From an uncultured bacterium (GTDB lineage Bacteria; Verrucomicrobiota; Verrucomicrobiia; Limisphaerales; UBA8199): a stretch of DNA of 64,000 nt. This document shows, in pieces, positions 22,113 through 31,675 of the stretch. How positions within the stretch are numbered: position 1 is the first letter of the stretch; each line of letters starts with the position of its first letter. The position numbers and the translations under genes were made by a program. The DNA lies in assembly GCA_963749495.1 (NCBI GenBank), contig CAVVMW010000012.1, positions 64,001 to 128,000 on the forward strand, read 5' to 3'. The notes below the pieces were generated by a model. The model was not told where the DNA came from, searched no databases, and worked only from the letters and a program-made list of their open reading frames with translations.

Positions 22113-23732
22113 CTAGAATCCGGACTTGCCCTTGCGGGCGGTGGCCGGGCCGACCGAACAGCGTTGTCGGCTGGTGGAGGGATTTTCACCCTCGGGGGCG
22201 AGGCAATCTCTGTCGCGATGGGGGTCGCCCGGCGGCCGGATTGCCGCCGGATCCTCAGGGGATTGGGGTCCTGCGCCCCGGTCCCGCCCGCTACACCGAC
22301 AGCCCCCCTTCTTTCCCTTGAGCTGCCATCCGTTGCCCGTGAGCTCCAGGCTCCGGCGGACCCGGGGCCATGGCGCCGATGCGTGCTTCCCCCCATCCAC
22401 TGGCGGGGGGAAGGCGGACATCAGCCGCCCGCTCACGTGCTCGGAGAATCCTAATCCTCGCCTGGCTATGGCGATGGCGGCGGCCTCGTCCTTGGAGCAG
22501 CCGTAGCCGTTGGCGAACTTGAATACGCCGATGGAGGTGGTGTCCCGCGGGTCCACCTCGATCACCTCGACGCCCAGGGATGCGGCGGTGCTCCGCAACA
22601 TCCGGTGGAAGAGCCCGTAGGCGAAGCTGGACAGCATGCGGTTGTAGCCCCTGCTCTTCCACTCGCGCTTCCTGGCCCTGAAGTCCAGCACCTCGACGAG
22701 GAGCGGGATCTTCAGCCGCTGCGCCATCAGCACGATCTCCTTGACCAAGGCGCCTACCTCCGCCTCGCACTGCTCGCTGCCCTTGCCGCGCAGGTCGTAG
22801 TCCAGCGTCGCCCAGAACAGCGGGTTGCCGTCGCGCGAGATGCGCCCCAGCGCCATGCTCGCGGGGTTGAAGTCTATGGCCAGGCCGCCGCTCTTGCGGT
22901 CGGTGACGATGGGGACGGGCATCTCCCGCGTGTCGGCGTGTACGTACCAGCCCTTCTCCTTGCGCACCCAGAGGTAGGAGATGGCCTGCCCCGTGGCCAG
23001 GGCGTGGTAGATCTGGTGGGCCTGGTGAGTGAACGCGACCTCGGTGGTAAGGTACTGGTCAGGGAACTCCTTGGGGAGCCTGAGCCTCAGCTTCCCCTTG
23101 AGCACCTGCCCGGCGTAGTCGTAGGAGTCCAAGGACAGAGTGCAGGACTGGTTGCCGCCGGTCTCGTTGCCGCTGCCCAGGCAGAAGAAGTGGTTGCTCC
23201 GGGCGTCTCTCCAGGCGTCCAGCCACTCGCCGCGGGAGGAGTACCCGTGGAGGTTCCAGTTGAACTGCTCGTGGAACAGTTTCCGGCTCCCGAAGCACAG
23301 CTTCGGGTGCGGCCTGGCCATGTCCTCCATCACCTCGTTCAGCTTGTGGCCCTGGGAGGCGATCCTCTGCCGGAACTGGTGGACCTTGAAGCGCGCCTGC
23401 TTGGCCTTCCACGGGATGCCGAACTTCCGCTCCTCCTTCTTCACCTTCTCCTTGTACCTCCTGATGGAATCCTCCAGGTCCTCCTTGCGGAGCTTGAGGT
23501 TGGCCAGGCGGCTTTCCTGCTTGCCGCCGAGGTCGAACCGGATGGCGTTGAACTGCCGCGCGGTCATGCGGCCCGTGGCCGTCACCTCCAGCCTCTTGAC
23601 CTTGGTGACGATGCCCTGCGCCTCCTCCAGCTCCTGCCAGATGCGCCTCTCCGCCTCGCCGTACCACTCCCCCACCCGGTCCAGGAGCGGGTACAGCTCC
23701 TTGTCCTTGATCTTGGCGCAGGTTGCCTTCAT
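22113..23732 (-). CDS. tnpB: TnpB-related RNA-guided nuclease
   Basis: LCFGSRKLF, GSGNETGGNQS, RuvC-I AIDFN, RuvC-II VEVLDF, RuvC-III KDEAAAIAIARRG; no zinc finger. Confidence 0.85.
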   Translation of the reverse strand: MKATCAKIKDKELYPLLDRVGEWYGEAERRIWQELEEAQGIVTKVKRLEVTATGRMTARQFNAIRFDLGGKQESRLANLKLRKEDLEDSIRRYKEKVKKEERKFGIPWKAKQARFKVHQFRQRIASQGHKLNEVMEDMARPHPKLCFGSRKLFHEQFNWNLHGYSSRGEWLDAWRDARSNHFFCLGSGNETGGNQSCTLSLDSYDYAGQVLKGKLRLRLPKEFPDQYLTTEVAFTHQAHQIYHALATGQAISYLWVRKEKGWYVHADTREMPVPIVTDRKSGGLAIDFNPASMALGRISRDGNPLFWATLDYDLRGKGSEQCEAEVGALVKEIVLMAQRLKIPLLVEVLDFRARKREWKSRGYNRMLSSFAYGLFHRMLRSTAASLGVEVIEVDPRDTTSIGVFKFANGYGCSKDEAAAIAIARRGLGFSEHVSGRLMSAFPPPVDGGKHASAPWPRVRRSLELTGNGWQLKGKKGGCRCSGRDRGAGPQSPEDPAAIRPPGDPHRDRDCLAPEGENPSTSRQRCSVGPATARKGKSGF

Positions 23733-24304
23733 TGCTCCGCAGCAAGGGATTCCACGGCCCTCCTGGCCTTGTTGCGGGCGGAGCGTCTGCCGTATAGGCG
23801 AGCACAGAAAGAGGTGAGGACCTCGATCATGTCCTGCACCAGATCATCCTTGACCTCCGACCCGTCCATCACCGTCAGATGCCTGCCCTGAGCCAGCATG
23901 CCCGCCTCCACGTACTCGCTCCCGAAGCGCATGAGGCGGTCCCGGTGCTCCACGACGATCCGCTTGATCGAAGGATCTCCCAGCAGGCGCAGCAGCTTCG
24001 GCCGATGTCCGTTCAGCCCCGAGCCCACCTCGCTGACCGCCTGACAAACTGCCCAGCCATGCGCTTGAGAGAACTCCAGCAGGCGAGCCAGCTGGCGGTC
24101 CAGGTCCACCTTCTGATCCGAGCCCGATACGCGAGCATATAATGCAACCCTTTCGGGGCCTTGGGCCGTGTCCGTGGTTTCCTGCACGATGATTGTTCCC
24201 GTGGGGCTGCGAATGAACGGGACAGGCATGGTGCCGTTTTTCACCCAAAGCCACGCCGTGTGATATTTTATCCCTTGTTGCTTTGCCCACGCGCTCAGCT
24301 TCAT
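23729..24304 (-). CDS. tnpA: IS607 transposase (HTH + serine recombinase)
   Basis: MKLSAWAKQQGIKYHTAW; ALYARVS; EVGSGLN; VEHRDRLMRFG; SFCARLYGRRS. Confidence 0.95.
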   Translation of the reverse strand: MKLSAWAKQQGIKYHTAWLWVKNGTMPVPFIRSPTGTIIVQETTDTAQGPERVALYARVSGSDQKVDLDRQLARLLEFSQAHGWAVCQAVSEVGSGLNGHRPKLLRLLGDPSIKRIVVEHRDRLMRFGSEYVEAGMLAQGRHLTVMDGSEVKDDLVQDMIEVLTSFCARLYGRRSARNKARRAVESLAAEQ

Positions 24305-24536
24305 AAAACTATGCCATGTTAGACCATGGAATACTATGTTTTATTCAACTGTTCTCAACCCCACCGCGACCTGCCCTTCGCGCTCGACTGCGCCGCCTGC
24401 CGGGTCGTGGAGACCTCCGAAGGCAACTCCCGCTGGCCGCACTGGTGGCGCCCTCTGCGCCAGGGGCGACGCCGCCCGGCCCATCCTGGAGGTGCTCCGG
24501 GAAACAGAGGGCATGGTCCGCCAGCACCGGAACTAG

Positions 24537-26538
24537 CCCCAGTTTACGAGTTGGTATAGCCCATTTCGCCTAAGCTCTTTTGGATCAGGCAGTTGCACAA
24601 GGAGCGACATATCCCCTAAACCCTCTGGGCGATTGCCTGCTCAGAAATATTGAGAAATATCGCAAACATAGCAATATTCCACTTGACATGAGCCTAGACT
24701 ATGCCCTAAATATTCGCAGCATCTCAACGCTGCACCATGCAACGGCTCGAAGCAAAACGCGTCAACGGCCGCACCTACTACTATTTCTCTCAGTGGGGCT
24801 GGAAAGAGGGCAAATGCCGCCGCCTCTCCCAACGTTACCTCGGTAAGGCCGAGGATATCGCCCAGGCAGTGCAAGGTGCCGGCCCCGCGCCGCAATACGC
24901 CAAGGTCCTGGACTGGGGCTTGCCGGTAGCTCTCTGGCAGGAGGCGCGCCGAGCCCAGATCGTCGAACTGGTCGATCAACTATGCCCTAAGCGAGACCAG
25001 GGCTTGGGCACCGGGGACTACATCCGCCTGGCCGCCATCAACCGCGCTTACGACCCCGTCAGCAAACAGGCGATGTGGGACTGGTTGTCGGGCACCTGCC
25101 TGCTCCGGCTCTGGCCCGAGGCCTCGGCTGCGCAACTGACCTCGCAGCGTTTCTGGGACCACATGGACCGGATCGAGCCGGCTAAGGCCCAGGCCATTTG
25201 GCAACAACTCATCGCCGGCGTCCTGCAGCGGGAGCAAATCCCCCTCTCGCAGGTTTGTTACGACGGCACCAACTTCTACACCTTCATCGACACCTTTAAT
25301 CTCAAATGCCAGGTCGCCAAACGGGGCAAGAACAAGCAAGGCCGCCGCAATCTGCGGCAAGTCAACTATGCGCTGTTCTGCTCGACCCAGGAGCACCTGC
25401 CGCTCTTTTACGAGGTCTACGAGGGCAACCGCAATGGCGTCAGCGAGTTTCCTGGGGTGTTGGAACAATTTGAACGCTGGGTGGTCCAACGCATGGGCTG
25501 CGCTGGGGCCTCGGTCAAACCGACGGTGGTCTTCGACAAAGGCAACAACTCCGAAGAGAACTTTGCCCTGCTCGACCGGTTGGAACTGCCCTACGTCGGC
25601 TCGCTCAAGCTGGACGAGCATCCCGAGTTGATGGTCATCTCCAACCGGGACGCGCGTTGGCAGGCGGCCACCGAACCGTGCTTGGAAGGCACCAAGAGTT
25701 GGCGCACCCAGCAGGTGGTTTACGGGAAGGAGCGCACGCTGGTCATGACCTACAACGAACACTTGTTCGCCACCCAGTGGGCCACCGTGCAGAATGATCT
25801 GGCCAAGGCGCTCAGGGAGTTGGCGACGCTACGCCAACAACTGCAAAACCGGGTGGCCGGCCTGGTTAAGGGCGGCCTCAAGCCGACGGTGGAGTCGGTC
25901 AAGCGCAAGTGCGAGCCGATCCTCCACCGGCAGCATCTGCGGCAATTGGTTCAAACCACCGTGACCCAGACGGCAGAGGGGGTGCCGCAGTTGGCGTATG
26001 AAGCCAGCGCAACGGCGCAAGAAAAGCTAACCGATACGTATCTGGGCAAAACGCTGCTGGTCACCGGGCATAAGCAATGGACCGACGCGCAGGTCATTCG
26101 CGCTTACCGGAGCCAATTTGTCATCGAGGAGATCTTCCACGAAATGAAAGACCGCCACATTGGTGCGTGGTGGCCTCTGCACCACTGGACGGACAGCAAA
26201 ATCCAAGTCCATGGGCTCTATTGCACCATAGCGGTACTGCTCCGTACTCTGGTATGGCGCCGAGTGCAACAGGCCGGCCTGCGCTTATCCATGGCCGGTC
26301 TATTGGAGAAACTGGGTCAAATTCAGGAGGTGATCAATGTTTACCCAGCCCGACGCCAAGGCCGTCCAGGCGCGGAGCAGTCGGTGCTAACCCAATGCGA
26401 TGAGGTCCAAAGGAAGCTGATCGACATACTCGGGCTGGAGAGCCCCAAATCGTCGTTTTAGGGCATAGACCCTCAAGTTGCTATCCATTGGCTAGCAGCA
26501 ACTTGCGAAGCACGCTTGAAATAACTCGTAAACTGGGG
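24537..26538 (+). mobile_element. IS1634-family element with 16-bp terminal inverted repeats and CTAG duplication
   Basis: CCCCAGTTTACGAGTT (24537-52) / AACTCGTAAACTGGGG (26523-38), flanked by CTAG at 24533-36 and 26539-42. Confidence 0.85.
24737..26461 (+). CDS. IS1634-family DDE transposase
   Basis: CYDGTNF, VFDKGNNS, YRSQFVIEEIFHEMK; 574 aa intact. Confidence 0.9.
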   Translation: MQRLEAKRVNGRTYYYFSQWGWKEGKCRRLSQRYLGKAEDIAQAVQGAGPAPQYAKVLDWGLPVALWQEARRAQIVELVDQLCPKRDQGLGTGDYIRLAAINRAYDPVSKQAMWDWLSGTCLLRLWPEASAAQLTSQRFWDHMDRIEPAKAQAIWQQLIAGVLQREQIPLSQVCYDGTNFYTFIDTFNLKCQVAKRGKNKQGRRNLRQVNYALFCSTQEHLPLFYEVYEGNRNGVSEFPGVLEQFERWVVQRMGCAGASVKPTVVFDKGNNSEENFALLDRLELPYVGSLKLDEHPELMVISNRDARWQAATEPCLEGTKSWRTQQVVYGKERTLVMTYNEHLFATQWATVQNDLAKALRELATLRQQLQNRVAGLVKGGLKPTVESVKRKCEPILHRQHLRQLVQTTVTQTAEGVPQLAYEASATAQEKLTDTYLGKTLLVTGHKQWTDAQVIRAYRSQFVIEEIFHEMKDRHIGAWWPLHHWTDSKIQVHGLYCTIAVLLRTLVWRRVQQAGLRLSMAGLLEKLGQIQEVINVYPARRQGRPGAEQSVLTQCDEVQRKLIDILGLESPKSSF

Positions 26539-26985
26539 CTAGGCTGAACCCAACAGCGGCCGGTACACCCCGCTGCACGCCGGCCGCCCTGAGCGCTAAG
26601 TTCCCGGCGGAGTGCCCAAGGCCCGACCCGTTCGCATCGCCTCGCTCCTGCGTGACGGTGCTCAGACCCGCCGGGCTGGCGCCACAGGTGATGTGCATCC
26701 CCATGCTGCCTTACTTGTGACGCTGTGTATAAGGCCGCCAAAACAAAGCCCGAAGAAGACTCGATCTCATGAGGACTCAGCCAACCAGCGGTGACGGCCG
26801 GGCGGAGTCCGGGCTGGACACCAATGCCCACGGGGGCTATATACGCCCCATGAGAATTGGCCGAAGTAACCGCGATGGAATCACGAACGGGATGCCGGCG
26901 AAAAAGGCCCCGCCCGAATTGGTCCGGTCGATACCCGTCCTCGATTTGCCCGAGGTCCGAACGGCGGCCCCAACGCTCAAGAGCA

Positions 26986-27546
26986 ATGAGTCAAAGCAGC
27001 CTCGATAGAGCCGAGTGGATTGAGAAACTCATGGCCATAGACGAAAGTCTGGTGCGCCAGGGGGCCAGCGCGCATTTGATGATCATCGGGAGTGCGATCG
27101 GAATTCTTGCTGGCCAGCCCGAAAGGACGTCCATTGACCTGGATGTATGGAAACCAAAATCCCGCTATCAGTTGCAGGCACTGAAGCAGGCCGTCGAGGA
27201 GGCCGGACTGCTGTTCGACCCGAAATCCACGTTGGAGCCAGACACACCCTATCTTCAGCTTGTCGAACCCGGGGTGGCCGAGATTGGCAAATTTGAGGAA
27301 CCTGAAGTCCTTGAGCAATTCCAGGCACTGACACTCGAACGGCCACCCATTGCCAATGTGGTAGCCGCGAAACTGATTCGGGCCGAGGAAAAGGATTTGC
27401 AGGATATCGCTTTCCTGATGCAGAAATATCGGCCGTCTGTAGAAGACGTCCAGAATGCGATCAATTCCATGCCAAGAGGGACGCGCGAACGAGCAAGTGA
27501 AAACATGGTATATTTGAGAACCATGAATGGAACCGGATGCCCCTGA
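26986..27546 (+). CDS. DUF6036/AbiEii-like nucleotidyltransferase
   Basis: IIGSAIG...RTSIDLDV; AAKLIRAEEKDLQDI. Confidence 0.7.
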   Translation: MSQSSLDRAEWIEKLMAIDESLVRQGASAHLMIIGSAIGILAGQPERTSIDLDVWKPKSRYQLQALKQAVEEAGLLFDPKSTLEPDTPYLQLVEPGVAEIGKFEEPEVLEQFQALTLERPPIANVVAAKLIRAEEKDLQDIAFLMQKYRPSVEDVQNAINSMPRGTRERASENMVYLRTMNGTGCP

Positions 27547-27842
27547 CCCCACGTCAAAAAGACCTCGTCGCCCGGCACCTGCTTGCGCATCAAGCAGAAA
27601 TCCCGGCGTATCTCAAAGAGCGTCGATGGGAGGAACTGGCGGCTTTAGTCGAATTCGCGAACAACGACGCGCCACAATCATTGATCCCTACAGATCCGGC
27701 GCTTTACCAAATACTTCGCCAGCAGATCACGAAATATCGTCTGAGTGGCTGGTCGTGCCTTAACCTCAAGCGGTTGCGCGAACTTGCTGCGAACCAGGCA
27801 GAGTCTGTAGCAACGACCGCTCCCGTTCGAATATCACCTTGA
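27537..27842 (+). CDS. Small hypothetical protein (possible partner of the nucleotidyltransferase)
   Basis: 101-aa helical ORF overlapping the upstream stop. Confidence 0.55.
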   Translation: MPLTPRQKDLVARHLLAHQAEIPAYLKERRWEELAALVEFANNDAPQSLIPTDPALYQILRQQITKYRLSGWSCLNLKRLRELAANQAESVATTAPVRISP

Positions 27843-28103
27843 GTTGGCTCCGCAAAAACAGAGCCCCCACCTGCGGCTTTCGCCTTTTCCCCGCAAAATG
27901 GGCCAGCTCGTCGATGAAGTCCGGCCTCAGCCCGAGCGGCACCAGCAACTGGAGGATCTCGCGCGTCCGCTGGGCCACCGATGACACCGAACCCCCATCG
28001 AATCCGCCCGTGCCGCCCGCTGGGACATCTTCGGCGTCCGGTTGAGCGACAACCGCTTGGGAAACCAAACAAAGAGGCTCCGCCCAAGAAGCGCACACGC
28101 CGA

Positions 28104-28553
28104 ATGCTCAAGTGGTTGCACCGACCATCTTCCGCGCCGCCGCCCCAAAACCCGCCAAACGTCCGCCAGCGTTTGCAGGCGGCGCGGCAGCTTGTTCAGC
28201 AGCAGAAAGAAAGAAACGCGCCGCCCGAATTCTCAAAGAAACCGGCGCCACGCAGTTCCGGTCGAGAAATGCCTCCCCTCACCGCACCGGACGAGCCGAT
28301 TCCTTACCTTCCACCCCCTCGGCCACCCGGTCCACCGGCGTTGGCCGCTGCTTTGGAGTCAGTCCTTCAGGGCAGGAGGGTGAGCCCGGACATTTTCACC
28401 CAGCTCTACCGAGGCGGGTTCGTTTTCAAAGACCCGCACGGACAGTGGGCCATCACCGAAATGGGCAAGGAACTGATTGAACGAAACAAATTATTCACGC
28501 CAAGCCTCTGCCTGGTGGCTGGGGTCGAATGCGCCAGCGGCTGGAACAAGTGA
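28104..28553 (+). CDS. Hypothetical protein, Pro-rich with C-terminal winged-helix-like segment
   Basis: LYRGGFVF...WAITEMGKELIE; start uncertain (ORF 27981-28553). Confidence 0.5.
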   Translation: MLKWLHRPSSAPPPQNPPNVRQRLQAARQLVQQQKERNAPPEFSKKPAPRSSGREMPPLTAPDEPIPYLPPPRPPGPPALAAALESVLQGRRVSPDIFTQLYRGGFVFKDPHGQWAITEMGKELIERNKLFTPSLCLVAGVECASGWNK

Positions 28554-28643
28554 GATGGAGTGCGTGACGGCCGCAACTCGCCGCAAATCTGCACAATGGC
28601 GGCCGGAACTTAAATCTCAAGACGAAATCGGCAAAGAAAACGG

Positions 28644-29021
28644 TTAGTCGTCCTGGGTCCCAAACACGGAGAGGAAGCCGCCCGAGTAATACATCGAAAT
28701 CTGCCTGGAAGTCAGGTGTTCCGACGGGTAGAGCTTGTTGCCTCCCACCAATTGAGCGATGACGGAATCAACGCTGGGGTCCGAAAGCTGGCCCGAAACG
28801 GAATCCACGACGCAAAGGTTCGTGAGGATGCCGCCCTCCCACTGGAACCGCTCCACTGCGGCTGCAATCTCCCGGCTGTTGCAGTTGTTGCGCTGCTGAA
28901 TTGACTGGGTGCGGAGGACCACGATCCGAGGGATGACGATCGCCGCGAGGATGAAAATGACCGATACGACCGCCAGCACCTCGAGCAGAGTGAACGCGCG
29001 ATGTTGAATCCTTGATTTCAT
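28644..29021 (-). CDS. Type IV pilin-like protein (minor)
   Basis: Class III signal RA|FTLLEVLAVVSVIFILAAIVIP. Confidence 0.85.
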   Translation of the reverse strand: MKSRIQHRAFTLLEVLAVVSVIFILAAIVIPRIVVLRTQSIQQRNNCNSREIAAAVERFQWEGGILTNLCVVDSVSGQLSDPSVDSVIAQLVGGNKLYPSEHLTSRQISMYYSGGFLSVFGTQDD

Positions 29022-29065
29022 AAGCCCTTTCCGGCTCTTGGCGCGCCAAACTGGAAAACGCGCGC

Positions 29066-29101
29066 AAACGAAGAACCCTGGCGGTTGCCCGCCGGGGTTT
29101 T
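29066..29101 (-). terminator. Probable intrinsic terminator after the major pilin gene
   Basis: Minus strand AACCCCGGCGG-GCAA-CCGCCAGGGTT hairpin followed by CTTCGTTT. Confidence 0.55.
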
Positions 29102-29117
29102 GCGCGCTCCAGCCGCC

Positions 29118-29471
29118 TTACGGCGCTACCGTGAATCTCGGGAACGAACCGGTGATGGTCGGAGTCGGATTGGGCACCTCCGAGAGATAAGGGGCGCCGG
29201 ACATCCCGTTGGTAGCCGTGGTCAACACGGTATAGACGGAAGCCTGATCGGTCCCGTTGGCGGCCGTCAGCGCCCCTTCCACGGACGCGCGCTCGATCGC
29301 GCTCTGGACGATCTTGGCGTTCGATTGCGCGCGGGCATTGGTGGCCTGGCCGCGCAGGTCGCCGATGCGGGGCACGACGATCGCCACGAGGATCAGGATG
29401 ACGCTGACGACCGCGATGAGTTCAACCAGGGTGAAGCCCTTGGCCTTCCTGAGGAAGTTCTTCAGTTTCAT
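29118..29471 (-). CDS. Type IV pilin (probable major pilin)
   Basis: MKLKNFLRKAKG|FTLVELIAVVSVILILVAIVVP; own promoter-like motif and terminator. Confidence 0.9.
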   Translation of the reverse strand: MKLKNFLRKAKGFTLVELIAVVSVILILVAIVVPRIGDLRGQATNARAQSNAKIVQSAIERASVEGALTAANGTDQASVYTVLTTATNGMSGAPYLSEVPNPTPTITGSFPRFTVAP

Positions 29472-29785
29472 ACGTGTTGTTTCTTGGTGTGGCCCCACCT
29501 TGCGCCCGCTGACATCCGCGCCGGGCAACATCTACACCAGCGCATCTCCTCCCGACAGGGAGCTTATGCCAGTCGTTCACTTGGCGGGCCGACAATACCA
29601 TTCTAGGGCCCTGTTTTAGGAATATGCGGCGGCCAACCGGATTCTTAATCCGCACGCATGGCCGGGGATCGGAGGACTGTCATTCGCGTTGACCGCGCGT
29701 TGAGTCCCTGCGGGGGCCATTCTCCGCCGAACTGAAAACCGGCCAAGACACTCGAAGCTAGTTTCCCATCAAACACCAAAATCGC

Positions 29786-31153
29786 ATGAACACGACAACA
29801 CCACCGGCCACGCGCCCGTTGAACGACGCGACGATCGCCACCACGCAACGCGCCGTCAGCAGAACGCTGGGCGGCCTGCTCTCACCTTTGGAGGCGCGCC
29901 TGGCCAAAGGATTTCAAGGGCACCGGGACCGGCCGCTGGTTCGCCCCTTCTGCAACATTTTTGAACGCCACCTGAAAGTTGAACTGGACCAGCAGAGCTT
30001 CATCTGGTCTGACACGCTGCGGCTGAACATCCGGCTGATCCAGGCGATCGAGGCGGCGGCAATCACCGAGGACGAGAAAAACGAGGCGGTGTTCTGGCTG
30101 GTTTTGTTCCACACTAGCTACTTCGCCCTGGGCTACCAAACGCACTACCTCAAGGCGCCAGCAGAGCAGCAGCCGCTCTTGAACCTGGCGCAAACCCAGG
30201 CGGTGCTCGGCCACATGCAGTCCCTCGGCGTCAAGCAGCCCGCCAACGCGCCCCACTGGGAGCAAAACGGCTACGCCTTCAAGCCCATGATGGCCCTGGA
30301 AGCGGGGCCAAAGATGGCCGAGGAAGCGCTGAGCCAGTTGGAACAGGGCGCCGTTCCTCCCGCCGATCTCACGCAAACGCCACTCCTGCAATTGACCGAG
30401 TTGAACGGGTGCGTCGCGAATCTCCAGGAGTACTCGCCGCAGGTCCACGACACGTTCGCGCAGGAACTGATCAGCGACTGGGTGGCCGAATTCACCAAGA
30501 CCAACGATTTCGGCGGCCAGGGATTCAACGGCATCCGCCTGCTTTACTTCAAAGCCAACCCGCCCCGCGACGCGAGCGAGGCTATCATGGACTGCCTCCG
30601 CTCCAAATATCCCGTTGCCGCCGACCTGGCCCTCTACCACAACCGCAAGCTGGCCAACGACTATTTCGCGCCCCGCAACGCCGATCCCCTCGAAGAAAAG
30701 ACCGGCCACCTGGAGTTGTTCGTCGACTGCTCCGGCAGCATCTCGGCCGGGGACATCGGCGATTGCCTAAAGGTCTTCCGGGATTTCTTCGCCAAGCGGA
30801 AGAAAAACATGACCTATGGCATCAGTTGCTTCGACACCGGCATTCTGAGCCGCATCGAGGTGGGCGAAGGAGAGGACCCCGTTGAGAAGCTCAGCCAGTT
30901 GGCCATCGTGGGCGGAGGCGGAACCGATTTTCGCTGCATCGCGGCCAACATCAGGCAAATGCAGGAGGACGGCGGCCCGCCGCCCGGCGGTAACAGCCGA
31001 TACAAATGCGATTTGGCAGTGGTCTTTACCGACCTGGCCGGTTCATTCCCCGACACCGTCCCCTGCGACTTCGTCTGGGTGACCACCACCAAGCGGTGCA
31101 GCCTGGGCGCCGTCGCCGGTCTCTCCATCCCGGGAACCGTTATCTACCTCTGA
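29786..31153 (+). CDS. DUF2201-like protein with C-terminal vWA domain
   Basis: MIDAS DCSGS, CFDT, GGGGTDF, VFTD. Confidence 0.8.
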   Translation: MNTTTPPATRPLNDATIATTQRAVSRTLGGLLSPLEARLAKGFQGHRDRPLVRPFCNIFERHLKVELDQQSFIWSDTLRLNIRLIQAIEAAAITEDEKNEAVFWLVLFHTSYFALGYQTHYLKAPAEQQPLLNLAQTQAVLGHMQSLGVKQPANAPHWEQNGYAFKPMMALEAGPKMAEEALSQLEQGAVPPADLTQTPLLQLTELNGCVANLQEYSPQVHDTFAQELISDWVAEFTKTNDFGGQGFNGIRLLYFKANPPRDASEAIMDCLRSKYPVAADLALYHNRKLANDYFAPRNADPLEEKTGHLELFVDCSGSISAGDIGDCLKVFRDFFAKRKKNMTYGISCFDTGILSRIEVGEGEDPVEKLSQLAIVGGGGTDFRCIAANIRQMQEDGGPPPGGNSRYKCDLAVVFTDLAGSFPDTVPCDFVWVTTTKRCSLGAVAGLSIPGTVIYL

Positions 31154-31157
31154 GCCC

Positions 31158-31671
31158 GTGATCCGCGCCCTGCCGCAACAGAGGAACCGGGTCATCGTCA
31201 GCAGCGCCTCCCGGACCCAGCAATTTACCGGGGTGAACTGGAACGGCACCCTGACCCGCCCCATCTTCGCCCTGGTCAGGACCCAATCTGGCGAACGGCC
31301 CTTGCGCGCGGAAGGCTACGACCTCCTCGGGCACGATGGAAGGCACGCCGCCTACGGGGACAGGAAACTGTTCCGCCATGCAATAGACAGCGGCATTGAT
31401 CACGCCAACGAACTGCTCTTCCCGGGCATGGTCCCGACCATGGGGGCCGGCCTCCTCGCGATCTGGCTGGTTCGCAAGAGCGGCGAAATACTCCACTTTC
31501 CAGGATACGCTCAAAATCAAGGAACTGATCTTGACTCAGCCGGAGGTGCTTAACGGCTGGTGCGAAGTCGAGAGCGACCTGTTCAATCCGGACAACAAGA
31601 GCTACCGCGTCTTTGCCGAGCCTGACCCCGTCGTGCTCAAGCGCATCGTGAAGACGGCCACACAAAGCTGA
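31158..31671 (+). CDS. Hypothetical protein (frameshifted)
   Basis: Overlapping ORFs 31158-31553 and 31396-31671 fill an operon gap. Confidence 0.4.
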
Positions 31672-31675
31672 ACGC

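Larger units (their letters stand above)
22025..24360 (-). mobile_element. IS607-family element (tnpA + tnpB)
   Basis: Coupled serine-recombinase tnpA and tnpB; CCACCG at both junctions (22019-24, 24361-66); short direct repeats at left end; flanking frame rejoins on removal. Confidence 0.9.

Noticed and set aside
24305..24360. Group I intron (IStron) in the IS607
   Set aside because: Only ~56 bp between the left end and tnpA.
29480..29595. Riboswitch in the pilin leader (c-di-GMP or ZTP)
   Set aside because: The leader may be structured, but the consensus elements could not be matched by eye.
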